From Daphnia carinata (Eukaryota), in NCBI RefSeq assembly GCF_022539665.2, contig NC_081333.1, forward strand, positions 4,898,001-4,962,000: 64,000 nt of DNA, written 5' to 3'. Position 1 is the stretch's first letter. Each line of letters opens with the position of its first letter. Shown here one piece after another: positions 13,224-24,780 of this stretch. The position numbers and the translations under genes are program-made. The notes below the pieces were generated by a model. It did not search any database. It was given only the letters and a program-made list of their open reading frames with translations, and was not told the origin of the DNA.

Positions 13224-16072
13224 ATGTTACAATTAATGATGGATTTATCAACAGGTGACAACACTTTTACACCAAGAGATGCTGAGGTTTTTGATTTTTC
13301 TATTCTTAAAACATAGTTTTTCCTCTGTTAAACAACAGTTCACTCATAGTTGCCTATCAAGTTTTATGAAATTTATAATTGTCTTGCATAATTTTGTAGG
13401 TGAAATGTTTTGAATCTACTAAATCCAAAAACACCATTGCATGTTTAAAAGCAGGTTTGGAGGAAATGTTTGGTGCCATTATGTTAATTCCTTCAAAAGC
13501 TTCTGAAGTTTTGCAGGTATGTTTTTCTATTATTCTCAGTATTTTAAGGTATCTTTCTGATGATCTATCTAATCAGCAGGTTTTGGTTTTCTTTCTTTGC
13601 ATTTATTCATTTTCTTTATAGAAAGACCCCTATCTCGGTTGCAAATGAGAACTATTTCGTTATCTTAGGTCCTTGAGGAGCAAATCGTGCTGCTTTGGTT
13701 TACCTCATTCATTTAGAAACAATTGAAAACCAAAGCAGTTTATGAAAGACACTATCTTCTTTTGTGCTTAGTCTTCACAGGTTTACCTGAAATGCGGCTG
13801 GCTTTCTAATGGTACTGATATCAAAGTATTTTTCATTCTTTATCTTCCATTTTGTAAGTCATCGTGCGAAGGAGAATTTTAGCGATATTCCGAATATGAA
13901 CGTATAGAAAAGTTAAGCCACCCTAAGGTTCTTCGCCTTTTGGACATACGCCGTATTTATCGACCGCCAATAACTTCAAAATTGCCAGGAAACAACGATC
14001 CATCAGAGCCAACCGATTCCACCGTATTAGTTTATGCTGACGATCTCGCTGATCAAGTTCAAAAATTGTCCCCGTAACATTACAGCCTGTAGAGTTACCT
14101 GAGAATGGTCCGTCCTTTGTGCGTCGGCCAACAACTTAGTCGGGTCACGTAAGTCGTTGCAGGCATTCTGATTTCCCTGCACGTCATCACCGAATTCGAG
14201 AAGACGCTTATCAAGCTATGTGGAATGATTTTCACTGAGAGGTGCACCACAGCTAAACAATTCTATCATCTTTTCACGGTAATCAAAAGATGACGTTACA
14301 TTATCCTTGTTGGGTCAAATATCTTAGTTTATTGTTGTCTAGGATGTAAGTCAATGCGGCCCTCATTAGCGCATCGCGTGAATTCCTCTCACTTCCATGC
14401 CTCTGAACAAATTCTGCTAAGTAAAAATGGCTATCACAACTCTTAGGCTGAGTTCGTCAATCACAGTGAAGATATGCTCAATAATATTGGGAAACCGTAC
14501 ACTTCTGGTGACGCTTCAAAATCTTATGCGTCTTTAAAAACGCCATCGCCATCATTAACAGGTATAACGCAAATGGGTTTTAAATTAAAACGATTGTAAT
14601 TTTCAGAAAGATAAATATTTGTAGATATTGCGCAAAGTTGCCTAGTGATTGTTTCACACGCCGTATTCCTATTTGGAAATACGAACAGTAAGCGAGAATA
14701 CGTTGACCCATCTGTATGGGACAAATGGTCCGAACTATTTCAGAGAAGTGATTGCAGCAGAGAAAATACGGTCGAACGTAGCGTATGTTTGCTCATTACA
14801 ACTACTAATAAAGTCTCCAGTACGGCAAACTGTTTCAGGTCCATAACTTTTATCCCACCGAAAAGGAAAATCTTCAACTGGGGGAGAGGATTACAAAGCC
14901 AATTCGGAAGACGAAATTGTTCCGACAATTTGCCACGTCCGGCCACTACGAGAAAACACTAAATCGAAGACAGTAACGTACCAAATGCGCCTTCAAAGCC
15001 GCAGAAATGAGAGAGTAAGGAAGCGAAAAGAGCACGGGAGATTCTCTATTGGATGTCGGAGTATAGAACCCCTATACGATTGATGGCAACAATCAGAATG
15101 GTAATACGTCATAACAAGCTAGATCGCTTATTTAATAACAATGCTATTTCCATTTTGTCATACAGGAACGGGAGAAACGGTCGATGAAGGGTATAACTAT
15201 AGCGATCTTCAAGCAATAGCTCTGCTGGCCAATGATAATGGAGCAGATTTTGACTGGTCTGAACCGGTAGTGGATCTTTCTGGACTAAAAGACTTTGTCT
15301 GTCGAGGAGACGCCGCAGAAGAAATCGAAGAACTCATTGACCAAAAAGAAAAACATTTAAAAGTCGAGAGGAGGAAAATTAGAAGGTCAGATAGACGCCG
15401 AAGAGCCTTATGAATAGTTCACAGATTTGCTTAGCATGAAAAACCGATGGAACGTTGATCTAACAAACAGTGATTTGGAAGGCAGACGAACAAAGAGATC
15501 CCTATTGTATCGCCTTTCCATCGTCGGATTATGGACCATCCAGACAATCTGGCAGAAGTTTCGGAAATGTGAAAAGCTCCCACGAAATCTCTGATACAAC
15601 AACAGGCAAATCAAATCGACAACTGGCATCTAAGAGCCCAAATATTCTAGAGCTTATTCGCCTGTTGCTGGCACAGTGTACCACTGAAATTCATGACGAA
15701 TGTGATCCAACTTCTGATCCCTCCACTGAACTCCCCCGCATAGTCCGTCCACTGCAAAAAGAAGAACCTGTATTAGGAACGGGAAAAATGTCAGTTCCTG
15801 GTTTAGATTTCTCCTTCAGTTTTGACGAACACGAGGTTTAGAAAGCAATCCGGGGCCATCTCCAAGCGTGATCCTACAGGCATTTACAATGTCCAGTGCC
15901 AATGATGGCATTAATTTAGTACGAATGGAAATGATTGGCTATTCGTTTTTAAAGTACTCCATCACAAATTATTTGTACTGCAAATATCGCAATATTCACG
16001 AGGAGAAAATCAGCCATCTGCTCTCGCGTCAGGTTTCTAATCTCCATCTTTATCAGTTGGGCAAGAAAACAG
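13224..16072 (+). pseudogene. Dcr-1: Dicer-1 pseudogene, internally deleted (helicase start, helicase linker and RNase IIIa remnants)
   Basis: In order: NTFTPRDAE|intron 13287-13399|VKCFESTKSKNTIACL (cf. TFTPREYQVELL...NTIVCL); HPKVLRLLDI; LCGMIFTER; and FSFDEH../LESNPGPSPSVILQAFTMSSANDGINLVRMEMIGYSFLKYSITNYLYCKYRNIHEEKISHLLSRQVSNLHLYQLG, the arthropod Dicer-1 RNase IIIa block (normally ...NLERLETIGDSFLKY...). Multiple stops and frameshifts, including a frameshift near 15838. Confidence 0.88.
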
Positions 16073-16656
16073 GCATGTACTCTTTTGGGCGAGTTACAAA
16101 AAGGACTCCAGGGTTTCCGACTTTTGGTTTCAGGTTTCCCGACACTTGGACATCTTTCCACCGACGTTTGGAGTCCAAACTTTGGACCAAACTATCAGTA
16201 TATACAGTACCCGCCCTTAGTATCCGAACACCAAGGGTTTTTGGGGCTTTTTTACACGGTGTCTTATGGCGGTAGGGTCCCTAGCGCAAAGGCAAAAAAG
16301 GGTCAGTAATAATGACGATAAAAAAATAAAATTTTGTCCTGATGTTAATTAAATAATGGGCTATACAGCACTATTTTTTTAAATTTTTTATCTATAAGAC
16401 TTTTTGACTTGCATGCTAGTCATATATTATCCGAACACCGCGTTGAGCTTATAGGATGTCTTATGACACTACCTCATTTTTTAGAAATTTTTTTTTAATA
16501 CAAGGAAATGTTTTATAGACGTCGCAATTACATTAATCGATAGGATATTCATTAAACTATATCCCATTGTAGTAGTATAACTTAATATTAACTATTTTAG
16601 GAACGGGAATTTCTTTAAGTGAAGACGGTACTAAGTTTTTCCCGTCAAAAATAGTT

Positions 16657-16788
16657 TATCTTGTTCCTACTTGAGGCGCTGAACTCATTACGTTTTTTTC
16701 AGACAGCTAACACAGTTTTCTGTAAAATCAGGCGCATTTCTGTTTGCTTTTACGTAATGAGTTCAGCGCCTCAAGTGGGAACAAGATA
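16657..16788. mobile_element. MITE / fold-back element, 132 bp, 37-bp inverted arms, TA at both ends (Tc1/mariner-like)
   Basis: 16657-16693 TATCTTGTTCCTACTTGAGGCGCTGAACTCATTACGT is the reverse complement of 16752-16788 with 1 mismatch. Confidence 0.75.
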
Positions 16789-17218
16789 TTTTCCCCTCTG
16801 TTTGTTGCAAGTATTTGACAACTTGACTTGTCTTCTGGTATTATGCCAGAAACATCCCAATTCTGAAAGGTATTACTTTGTAGGTATCTTGGGTACGTCG
16901 GCGAGATTGGTATATTTGGAGTGCGGATTCTAAAGTATATTCAAGAGAAGAAAGGATTCGTGTTACTTCGGTGGACAATACCGAAAAAATTTCAAAGTTA
17001 CTCATAAAATACATATGAAAAGACGACGAGGGTATCTATTAAATAAATAAAAACTTGATAAGTTTACCTCTGGCATCAGCACATAAACTCTTATAGTTTT
17101 ATTCATACTTTTTTTCTATAATACAAATATTAATATCCATAAACCACCGATACATCATAGAAACACATCTCTATGGTAATTACATTAATTAAATACCCTA
17201 TCTACTTGGCATTAGTAT

Positions 17219-17710
17219 TGTTGCGGAATCGTCGACTAACCGACGATATCAACGCATAGCTTCCGTCTCAAAGGAAACAAAGGAAGAATTGAGGAAGACT
17301 GAGAGAAGAGTCAGTTAGTTCTAGGGTAGTGATGTGTTAAGTTCGGATGTTCAAAGGAGTCCCCAAAATCTTAAAGGTTAAAACTATGTACTGTTATTAC
17401 TATTATTCTATTGTATTGTATTACTGTTCAGACCGTCCGGGTATTTATGTCGTTGGGACGGACGGTCTAGTGAATCATGTCGTGACTTGTAATTGTACAG
17501 ATCGTCCGGGTATTTCTGTTGTTGGTACGGACGATCTGGGTATGTTTCTTGGTGGTACCTGTTCGTGGTACCGGAGACCAAGAGTAGGACGTTGGTAAAG
17601 ACGTCCGACTATACTCGCCAATTGTTTCTAAGTTTATGTAATCTAGATATATCTGTTTAAGGACTTATATGCTAAGTAATAAAGACAAGTAATTAGGCTG
17701 GAATGTAACA
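17219..17710 (+). mobile_element. Solo LTR (family A), 492 bp
   Basis: TGTTGC...GTAACA termini; 4-bp TSD GTAT at 17215-17218 and 17711-17714; AATAAA near the 3' end; homologous in inverted orientation to 40845-41345. Confidence 0.88.
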
Positions 17711-17749
17711 GTATAAGTGAAAGAAATAAAAAAAATTATGTGTACCTTT

Positions 17750-17886
17750 ATCGAGAGTCCATTTGTCGCTAGATCGGGAGTCCGTTTGTCGTTTTCATGG
17801 GAGTCCGTTTGACGCTTACAGTCCCAATCATCAAGTAAAAAATGCCCCAAGTCCTAATGTCGATGCACGGGAGTCCTCTTGTCGGA
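17750..17886 (+). repeat. Four dispersed copies of a ~16-bp motif GGGAGTCCGTTTGTCG (subterminal-repeat-like transposon remnant)
   Basis: Variants gagagtccatttgtcg, gggagtccgtttgtcg, gggagtccgtttgacg and gggagtcctcttgtcg are visible; the first three are about 23-24 bp apart. Confidence 0.5.
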
Positions 17887-19472
17887 AAGTGTAGCGCTCG
17901 TTGAGTTCAGCAACAAGTTATTGTTGCGCCCAAACGTCAGGGACCAGTAGGCCGAACGTCGATTGGCAGATGTCCTTTCGTTGTGTATCAGTTGTCCAAG
18001 TGCCAGACCCTTAAGTCCTTTTGCCAAATAGCCCAAAAGACTCTATCCCAAGAAAACACTTTTTGGTGGATGCATGGTTGCATCGAAATTCAATCCGCAC
18101 GGGAATTGGTTGCCACTTGGCTAAGTAATCCCAGATGCCTTGGAAAAAGGACTGATTTCATCCGCAATCCCATCGAAATTATTGTAATATGCGTGGATCT
18201 TCAGGTATTTTAACAAATTCACTTTAGTGGGCTGCCACGTTGTTACTCGTGAAAAAGAAATTGATTTCGTAAATGACACTCCAACAAGGTGGGGTAGGCA
18301 GTTATGACCTACTTCGATACTCGGATACTCGGTCTTGAGGATATATCATGGATATCATGAATGAATATCATGGGGATTTCTCAGCATGAAGGAAGTCCGC
18401 GTTTTGTGCAAGGTACCTTTCATTCTACTCTAATAATTACTGAAAACAGCGTTGAAACACAGCCGTTAAAAAAAAACAAAAAACAATATGACTTCCTCCT
18501 TTTCATTCTTTGATACACCAAAGTGCCAGTTAAATTGACCGCGTACACGCAACAATGGTACTTTTAAGTGTTACATTGCAGGCTCTTCCCTCGAGACGAT
18601 GCAAAAATGCTACGCTGATTCTTGAGCAGCAAACGCTTGATCTACCCAAATGCGTAAACTGCGAACCTATAACGGAAGACCTCCGTTTGCCAATAAAAAT
18701 GGCTAAAATCACACAAAGAGCAACGAAGACGTCTAAACAGCACCGAAAATAGCGAAAGACAGCTATATTATTCTAGATCAATTGCAGAGCTATAGTCGGC
18801 AAAGGGAGTAAATCAGGCAAGACGATCGGCAGAATGTTTTCGAAGCCATTATGAAGAGCAGAGCATCACTATATCGTCCTTCTTAACGCAGTTGGCCATA
18901 GGAATTAGAGTGCACGTACAATAGAGTTATGCGTCTTTTTATGTTTGAATTCCCGTGGCCAGAATGATTACAAGTTACGCGCCACAGATCGCATGTCAGT
19001 AGACCAGGATCGACGTGAAACATACGCTGACGTGGAGGACTTAAAAAACCTGATTTTCAACGTGACACCGGCCTTAATTTGTTCGCCGCATTCTCCTTTC
19101 GTCCCGGTTCCATGCAAAAGGAGAACAACAGTGTTAGCTTTTGGAACGCCCATTAGATTATGACGAGACCCAGTGATTACTACCCTCTTTTTTTATCGTC
19201 CATGCTGAGCTATGTGTTCCAACACATGAAAAGGCCTAAAACTGTTGATCTACACGTGTAGCGTGAGGAACAACCGCCCCTTGCGTGAACTTGTGGTTGC
19301 CTCGGGATCGATGAAAGAAATCAATGAAGGCCAAAGTTACGTGACCTACAACTTGATTAATTTTTTTTTTTACGGAGAAAATTCAAGACCGGGGGGGGGG
19401 GGGGTCCCTAGAAATCCGCTAGAACACAGATACTGGTCAAATGCTCACAGTGTTTTCCTCCACAGTAGGCAG

Positions 19473-19780
19473 ACTTTTGGAGAAGAGTTTCCCTACCATA
19501 GGCTCTATGTCTGTAACTATGGACCAACTGGGAAATTGTTTGAATCCTCCAGTTTTCGCCCAAGGAGCCGCTGAATCTGCCTGTCCAGCTCCGACTTCAA
19601 ACAACGACGGGTTGTGCGCTAGAAAATTGCACAACTTTTGAAAATTTGTTCCGCTATTTTTGAAATGATATAATGCTAAAACTATTTCTTATAGCAGCAA
19701 GCGCTTTTTACGGTTTAAAACATGGCGAAGGAAATTTTAGTGGGTTCAGTACACTGTGCACAAAATTCGGCTTGAGCTTA
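19473..19780 (+). pseudogene. CAP/antigen-5 gene fragment (last exon plus 3' UTR), inverted relative to the intact copies
   Basis: TFGEEFPYHRLYVCNYGPTG, then a frameshift, then PVFAQGAAESACPAPTSNNDGLCA*; the downstream sequence is homologous to the 3' flank of 21632-22921. Confidence 0.85.
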
Positions 19781-20365
19781 ACGATTTTTAAGATCCTTAC
19801 GAAAACAATCCTCTCATTGTTACGGTTTCCAATCTCTCTCATCTCTTAACCTAGGCCATCTGGGCAGTCTTCGACCTATAGGAAACAACATGATTTTTGT
19901 TGCAACACACATGAAACACAACATGCTCAACTGCTTTTTCAAACCGGATGCATAACTAGAGTCTAATGAAAAGTACATTGCGCTCAGAACTCACATCTAG
20001 CATTACAATCAGTCGCCTGTTGTAGCCTACTAAGCAAGCGTCCTCAGTCACATCCGCAGTCACGCCGCTCCCTTACCTGTGGAGCTTATTTCACTGCTAG
20101 TTTCGAAAATACAAAGTGCGTTTTACTTTTCGCAAATTAATTTATTTTTTCGAAAAAGAGCTAATTCTCAATTGAAACATTTTTGCGCAAAATATTTTCA
20201 TGAAAATATTTGGCAATTAATCCATCTTTCCTTAAATAAAATTTCAGAGGAAATCATTTAATGAATTTTGTTTTATTTTTGTATGAGTAAAATCATCAGG
20301 GCATTGTGAAATTCAATGATGGAAGGTTAACCAGGTTGTATTAATATGGATTATTATTTGCGACT

Positions 20366-20555
20366 TGATGCAAGTTATGACGGTCTAACTGCTTTCGTAT
20401 TGGATCTTCCACTTTTTCTTCTTTAAGATTCGCAAGTTCCAACAGTCAAGCCCAATAGTTAGACTGAATTTAATAGGTCGCAGCAGACAATGTAACCGGT
20501 AGTGGGATGATGGGCAAGAAGATTGCGGTTACTATCAGTTATCATAAAGTTATGA
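20366..20555 (+). repeat. Diverged ~190-bp direct repeat of 23618-23796 (shared 3' flank of CAP tandem units)
   Basis: Both copies share gttatgacggtctaa...agcagacaatgtaac...gatgggcaagaagat...tcataaagttatga; each lies 0.6-1.1 kb to the left of a CAP stop codon. Confidence 0.7.
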
Positions 20556-21232
20556 TACCTAGTTGCACGTAGTAAACAACAATGGTTGTTTGTTTACATT
20601 AAATGCATTATTCCCAATGTTATTTATATTATTTTCTATCGTTTAAGAAAGATCACTGTCGTTTTAAGATACATTTAAAACATTTAAAATCCCTTAAATT
20701 TTGCGATTTTTTGGGATGAATGAACTGTGCACCACGACAATTTTAATTAAAACCCGGCAAGTTTTTATTATTTATTTTTTTTTTAAACATAAGCATTATT
20801 TTTAAAAATTTGTATTTCTTCCATCTAGTGTAATTATTTTTTTAAAAATTTATATATGTAATATATACAGTATAAAGTATATGTACTGTATATTTTTCCC
20901 AAATTGTCATAATAATATTGGTGAAAATTCAAGATAAGAAAACAAATGTGTGATAAGTTAAAAATTATTTGCGTCTCTGATTTCGTGGCCCCAAATCTTA
21001 ATTAATTATTTTAATCATTTGCTAGTTTCAACCAACCTTCGGTCTACCGAAATACAAAAATATTGTCAAATAAATTTTTGACGTCGAGAACTTTGGTCGG
21101 CATCGATCAGTCAATGTTTTCCGCCGTTTTCCAACTTTCTTTTTCATTGATTCTATGTGATAATTCCGGATGTTTGAATTGCTGATATTCGATCCAAGTT
21201 TCTTATCTATTACTACTGAACTATTCAAATCC

Positions 21233-23353
21233 GAATGCACACATTTGGTTGACAACACGTTCTTGTAAAGCCACCTAATATAACGTTTGATTTTTATTAT
21301 TGGATAAATGGATGATATGGCCTAGGATTTATCATCGGAGCAACAGTTGCCAATGCGTTTGGTTTCCGGTCGTTCATTGACAGCGAACGTCGATTAATCA
21401 AGGTATTTAAATAAGATCAGTCAAAGCATATAACAACCTCAGCTGAGACCTAGAATAATGAGGACTTAAATATTGTTTAAACTGAAGACGGATTTTCATG
21501 CGCAATGTATTGAACCCACTAAATTCCTTTGCCATGTTTTAAACCGTGAAAAACCCTGGCTGCTATAAAAATGGCTTCGGTGGTATATCATTTCAAAACT
21601 AGCCTAACAAATTTTAAAAAGTTGTGAATTTTCAAGCACACAATCCATCGTTGTTTGAAGTCGAAGCTGGACAGGCAGATCCAGCGGCTCCTTGGGCGTA
21701 AACTGGGGAATTGACATAATTTCCAGTCGGTCCATAGTTACAGACATAGAGCCTATTGTAGGGAAAATCTTCTCCAAAAGTCTGGCCACATCAAAGACAG
21801 GATCAGCGTCAAAGTTCAATTGCTTAAGAAGAAAAAATGCCTTACAGCAGTTGATTGATAGTAAGCCACTCCACAGCCTACGGTATAAGTAGTCGCCCAT
21901 ACAACTTGAGTGTAATGTCCAATAACAGCGGGTGGATTTGATCTATACCATGAGATATTATGAGAATTAACACTCCTACAGTAGAAAATGCTCGGTTTGG
22001 TATTTTCTTACGGAAAGCTTGTGACATAAGCAGGTGTCATGTCAAAAACTTCATTATACCAAGACGTAACAGCTGCAGGCCAATCAGAAGAGTCTAGCAC
22101 GTCGGCAGAAGCCCCAGAAATGTAAATATTCTGACCCACTCGGAATCGGGCTATTGGTATATAAAAACCGTGTCAAATATCGAAATTAAATAGACTGATT
22201 CTGGACAAAGTATAGCGTATTTAACAATTTTACTTACGGACGTTACGGCACTTGTCGTGGTTAAATACGCACTGCTGGGCGTGCGTTTGCGCCATTACGG
22301 CCAATTCTTCATCCCAGATCTTAACAAAAAACAAACATTGAAGATATCATAACATTTCAAAGGCACTTAGAATATGTTTTTACGGTGAAAAATACAAGGA
22401 GTTTTTACATACCAATTGCCTTATGTTAGACGCCGATGGCTGAGGACCTGGAGTTCCGCTGGTCTCGAGACCCTTGGCAACTTTGCGCCGGTAATCGTTA
22501 TGCGTCTGTAAAATGATGTCAATTTCTTCGGCGTTGACGCTCGATTTCGTTGGATACGATGGTAAACAAGCTGCTCCCCAGGTTAAATTCTATTTGTAAC
22601 AAAATGAATATCATGAATTTATTATCATTACCATTGAATATCTTTAAGAGTATACCGAATATTTGCAGAGGGTATTTTCGGTAGGAACGCTGCACGTAGC
22701 AATGTTGCAGTATGCATTTTGAGCTGTGCGGCTCTTAGTTAGCTGCAACACCACCTGGGCCTCCTTTTCATACAAAAATGATTAATTAAGCATCAGAATG
22801 GTTAAAAACAAGTTTGAATATAAGCGAAAATGTACACATAGATTTTTTTTTCATGAAAAATACTTACTCCGCAAGCGGATAGGATGACGGTGATCACCAA
22901 GGATACAGCGAAAAGTTTCATTTCGACTAGAGTAGAACAAGCAAACAATGCTCTGTGTATATAAGCTGTTTCACACCTCATTATTTATACATTTATTTTT
23001 CCCGGATTGTAAGCGTATCACAAAATTTGGAACGCAAGTGTTTAATTCGAAACGGATCCAGCTGCATTTAGAACAGCACAAAGGTGTTGACTGAAACAAA
23101 GCTTGCGCTCCAATTAAAACTAGTGCACCTTAGAATACGAAAAACACAAAATAAGTGCAACAAACTTACTAGGGTGACGTGTTCGTCTGTAAAAAAACGG
23201 ATCTAATGAAATCTAGGTCGTATTGCAATGTTAGCGTCCGGGTCGGGGGTTGACGAACGGAACTAGGTCACCACATGTTGGCACTTACGTGTTGAATAAA
23301 TCCGTAGCGCGTGACATTTTTTTCGCCGTAGATCTCAATGAAAAGATCGTGAT
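21233..23353 (+). repeat. 2.1-kb near-identical segmental duplicate of 43790-45910
   Basis: Constant offset of 22,557 bp at both ends and at the start and stop codons; only a handful of substitutions seen by eye. Confidence 0.95.
21632..22921 (-). CDS. Secreted CAP/SCP/TAPS protein (venom allergen 5 / antigen-5-like), copy 1, 7 exons, apparently intact
   Basis: Signal peptide MKLFAVSLVITVILSACG (exon 22921-22868); YCNIATC...NTLCKY; ILQTHNDYRRKVAKGLETSGTPGPQPSASNIRQL; IWDEELAVMAQTHAQQCVFNHD; VGQNIY; AVTSWYNEV; CAP signature GHYTQVVWATTYTVGCG; LYVCNYGPTGN; ...GLCA* (TGA 21634-21632). GT-AG introns in phase. Confidence 0.93.
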
Positions 23354-24443
23354 AAACGCAGCAGGCATATGTTGTTCCCTTTTTTTCTCTGTAAAAAAAC
23401 AACGACAACAAACAAGCGGCAAAATGTTTCTGCGCTAAGTTGGAGTGTTGATACACGAGCTAGAATTGCGACACTGACTAAGGCAGTTGGGCTGTGATAC
23501 GAAAGAAGTGGTTATTGGCTATCTCAACGTGAAGGAGCTCCTAGAAAAGAAGTTCCTCTTGTTAAGGAGAGCAGTTACGTTTGTTTGGGGAAAGATAACA
23601 ATAATTGTTTATTCAACTGATGCACGTTATGACGGTCTAATTGCTTAAGTATGGGAATTAGCGCTTTAAGATTTGTAAGTTCTAACGGCTTAACCCAATA
23701 GGTAGACTAAATTTAATAGTCATAGCAGACAATGTAACTGGTCTGTAGTGATGGGCAAGAAGATGGCGGTTAGTATCAAGTCTCATAAAGTTATGAAAAG
23801 ATTTGGCTAGTCAACTTGCAAATCATGCATGTATTCTGAATCAGCGTAAAAATTCAAATTTCAATTCAAATACCTACCTTTGTTGAGGTAGAGGTATATC
23901 TCTGCCTTTGTTCCTTCTTCCTACCAGAGCTCGGCAAGATTCTGAGACAAGGCTTACTAGCGGAAGCTACTGGCATGATACACGATTTGTTTTGTTTTTT
24001 CAGCTTCGTGTCCGTATCTTCTGACAGAAGGCCTATCTCAGGTTTTGCTTAATAAGAAATCGTATCCTGTGAACTTATCTCAACCCTCCTGTTTTCAGTT
24101 TTTGATATTTTGAAAATGTTTGTGATGTTCACACATCTCTTATCCGGTACCTGGTATATTCCTGAAATAAATTTTCCCATCTATTCCATAAAAGAATTGA
24201 ATAAAATTGACCAAATCATACAAATATGATTGAACTAAATTTTTTATAATGGGATTTTTATATCTTCTTCTTTCATTATTTTTTCTGGAAATATGAATTT
24301 TAAAATACTGCTTATTTCATGTATATATTAAAACTTTTGTCTTGGTATACCAAACGTTCTCTTGGAATATAACGGCTAAAGCCGTTTTTTAAATCTAAGT
24401 ATTTGTAAGTCATCCAACACATTTTTTAAAAGTTGTGCATTTT

Positions 24444-24780
24444 TCAAGCGCACAACCCGTCGTTGTTTGAAGTCGACGCTGGTCTAGCGGCTCCTTGTGC
24501 GTTAACTGGGAAACCAACATAATTTCCATAGTTACAGACATAGAGCCTAATGTAGGGAAACTCTTCGCCAAAATTCTGCCGACATCAAAGACAGGATCAG
24601 CGTCAACATTAAATTACTACTTAAGACAAGAAAATTTCTTACAGCAGTCGATTGATATATGCATCTCCACAGCCTTTAGTACAGGTGGAAGTCCATACAA
24701 CTTGAATGTAATGGCCGATAAAAGCAGATGGGCTTTATCCACATCATCAGATATTATAAGAATTAACGCTCCCACAGTAA
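24444..24780 (-). pseudogene. CAP/antigen-5 pseudogene fragment (last two exons)
   Basis: FIGHYIQVVWTSTCTKGCG followed by a frameshift; last exon with deletions (RLYVCNY-GNY...NNDGLCA*); the intron sequences are homologous to copy 1. Confidence 0.85.

Noticed and set aside
15868..16275. Stand-alone functional mini RNase III
   Set aside because: GTG start inside a frameshifted pseudogene, catalytic signature altered, domain truncated, and the C-terminal half reads into unrelated repeat DNA.
16090..16450. TIR-like ends (CAGGGTTTCC; TA-CAGTACCCGCCC; repeated ATCCGAACACC)
   Set aside because: Partner TIRs are not found in the window, so element boundaries cannot be defined.
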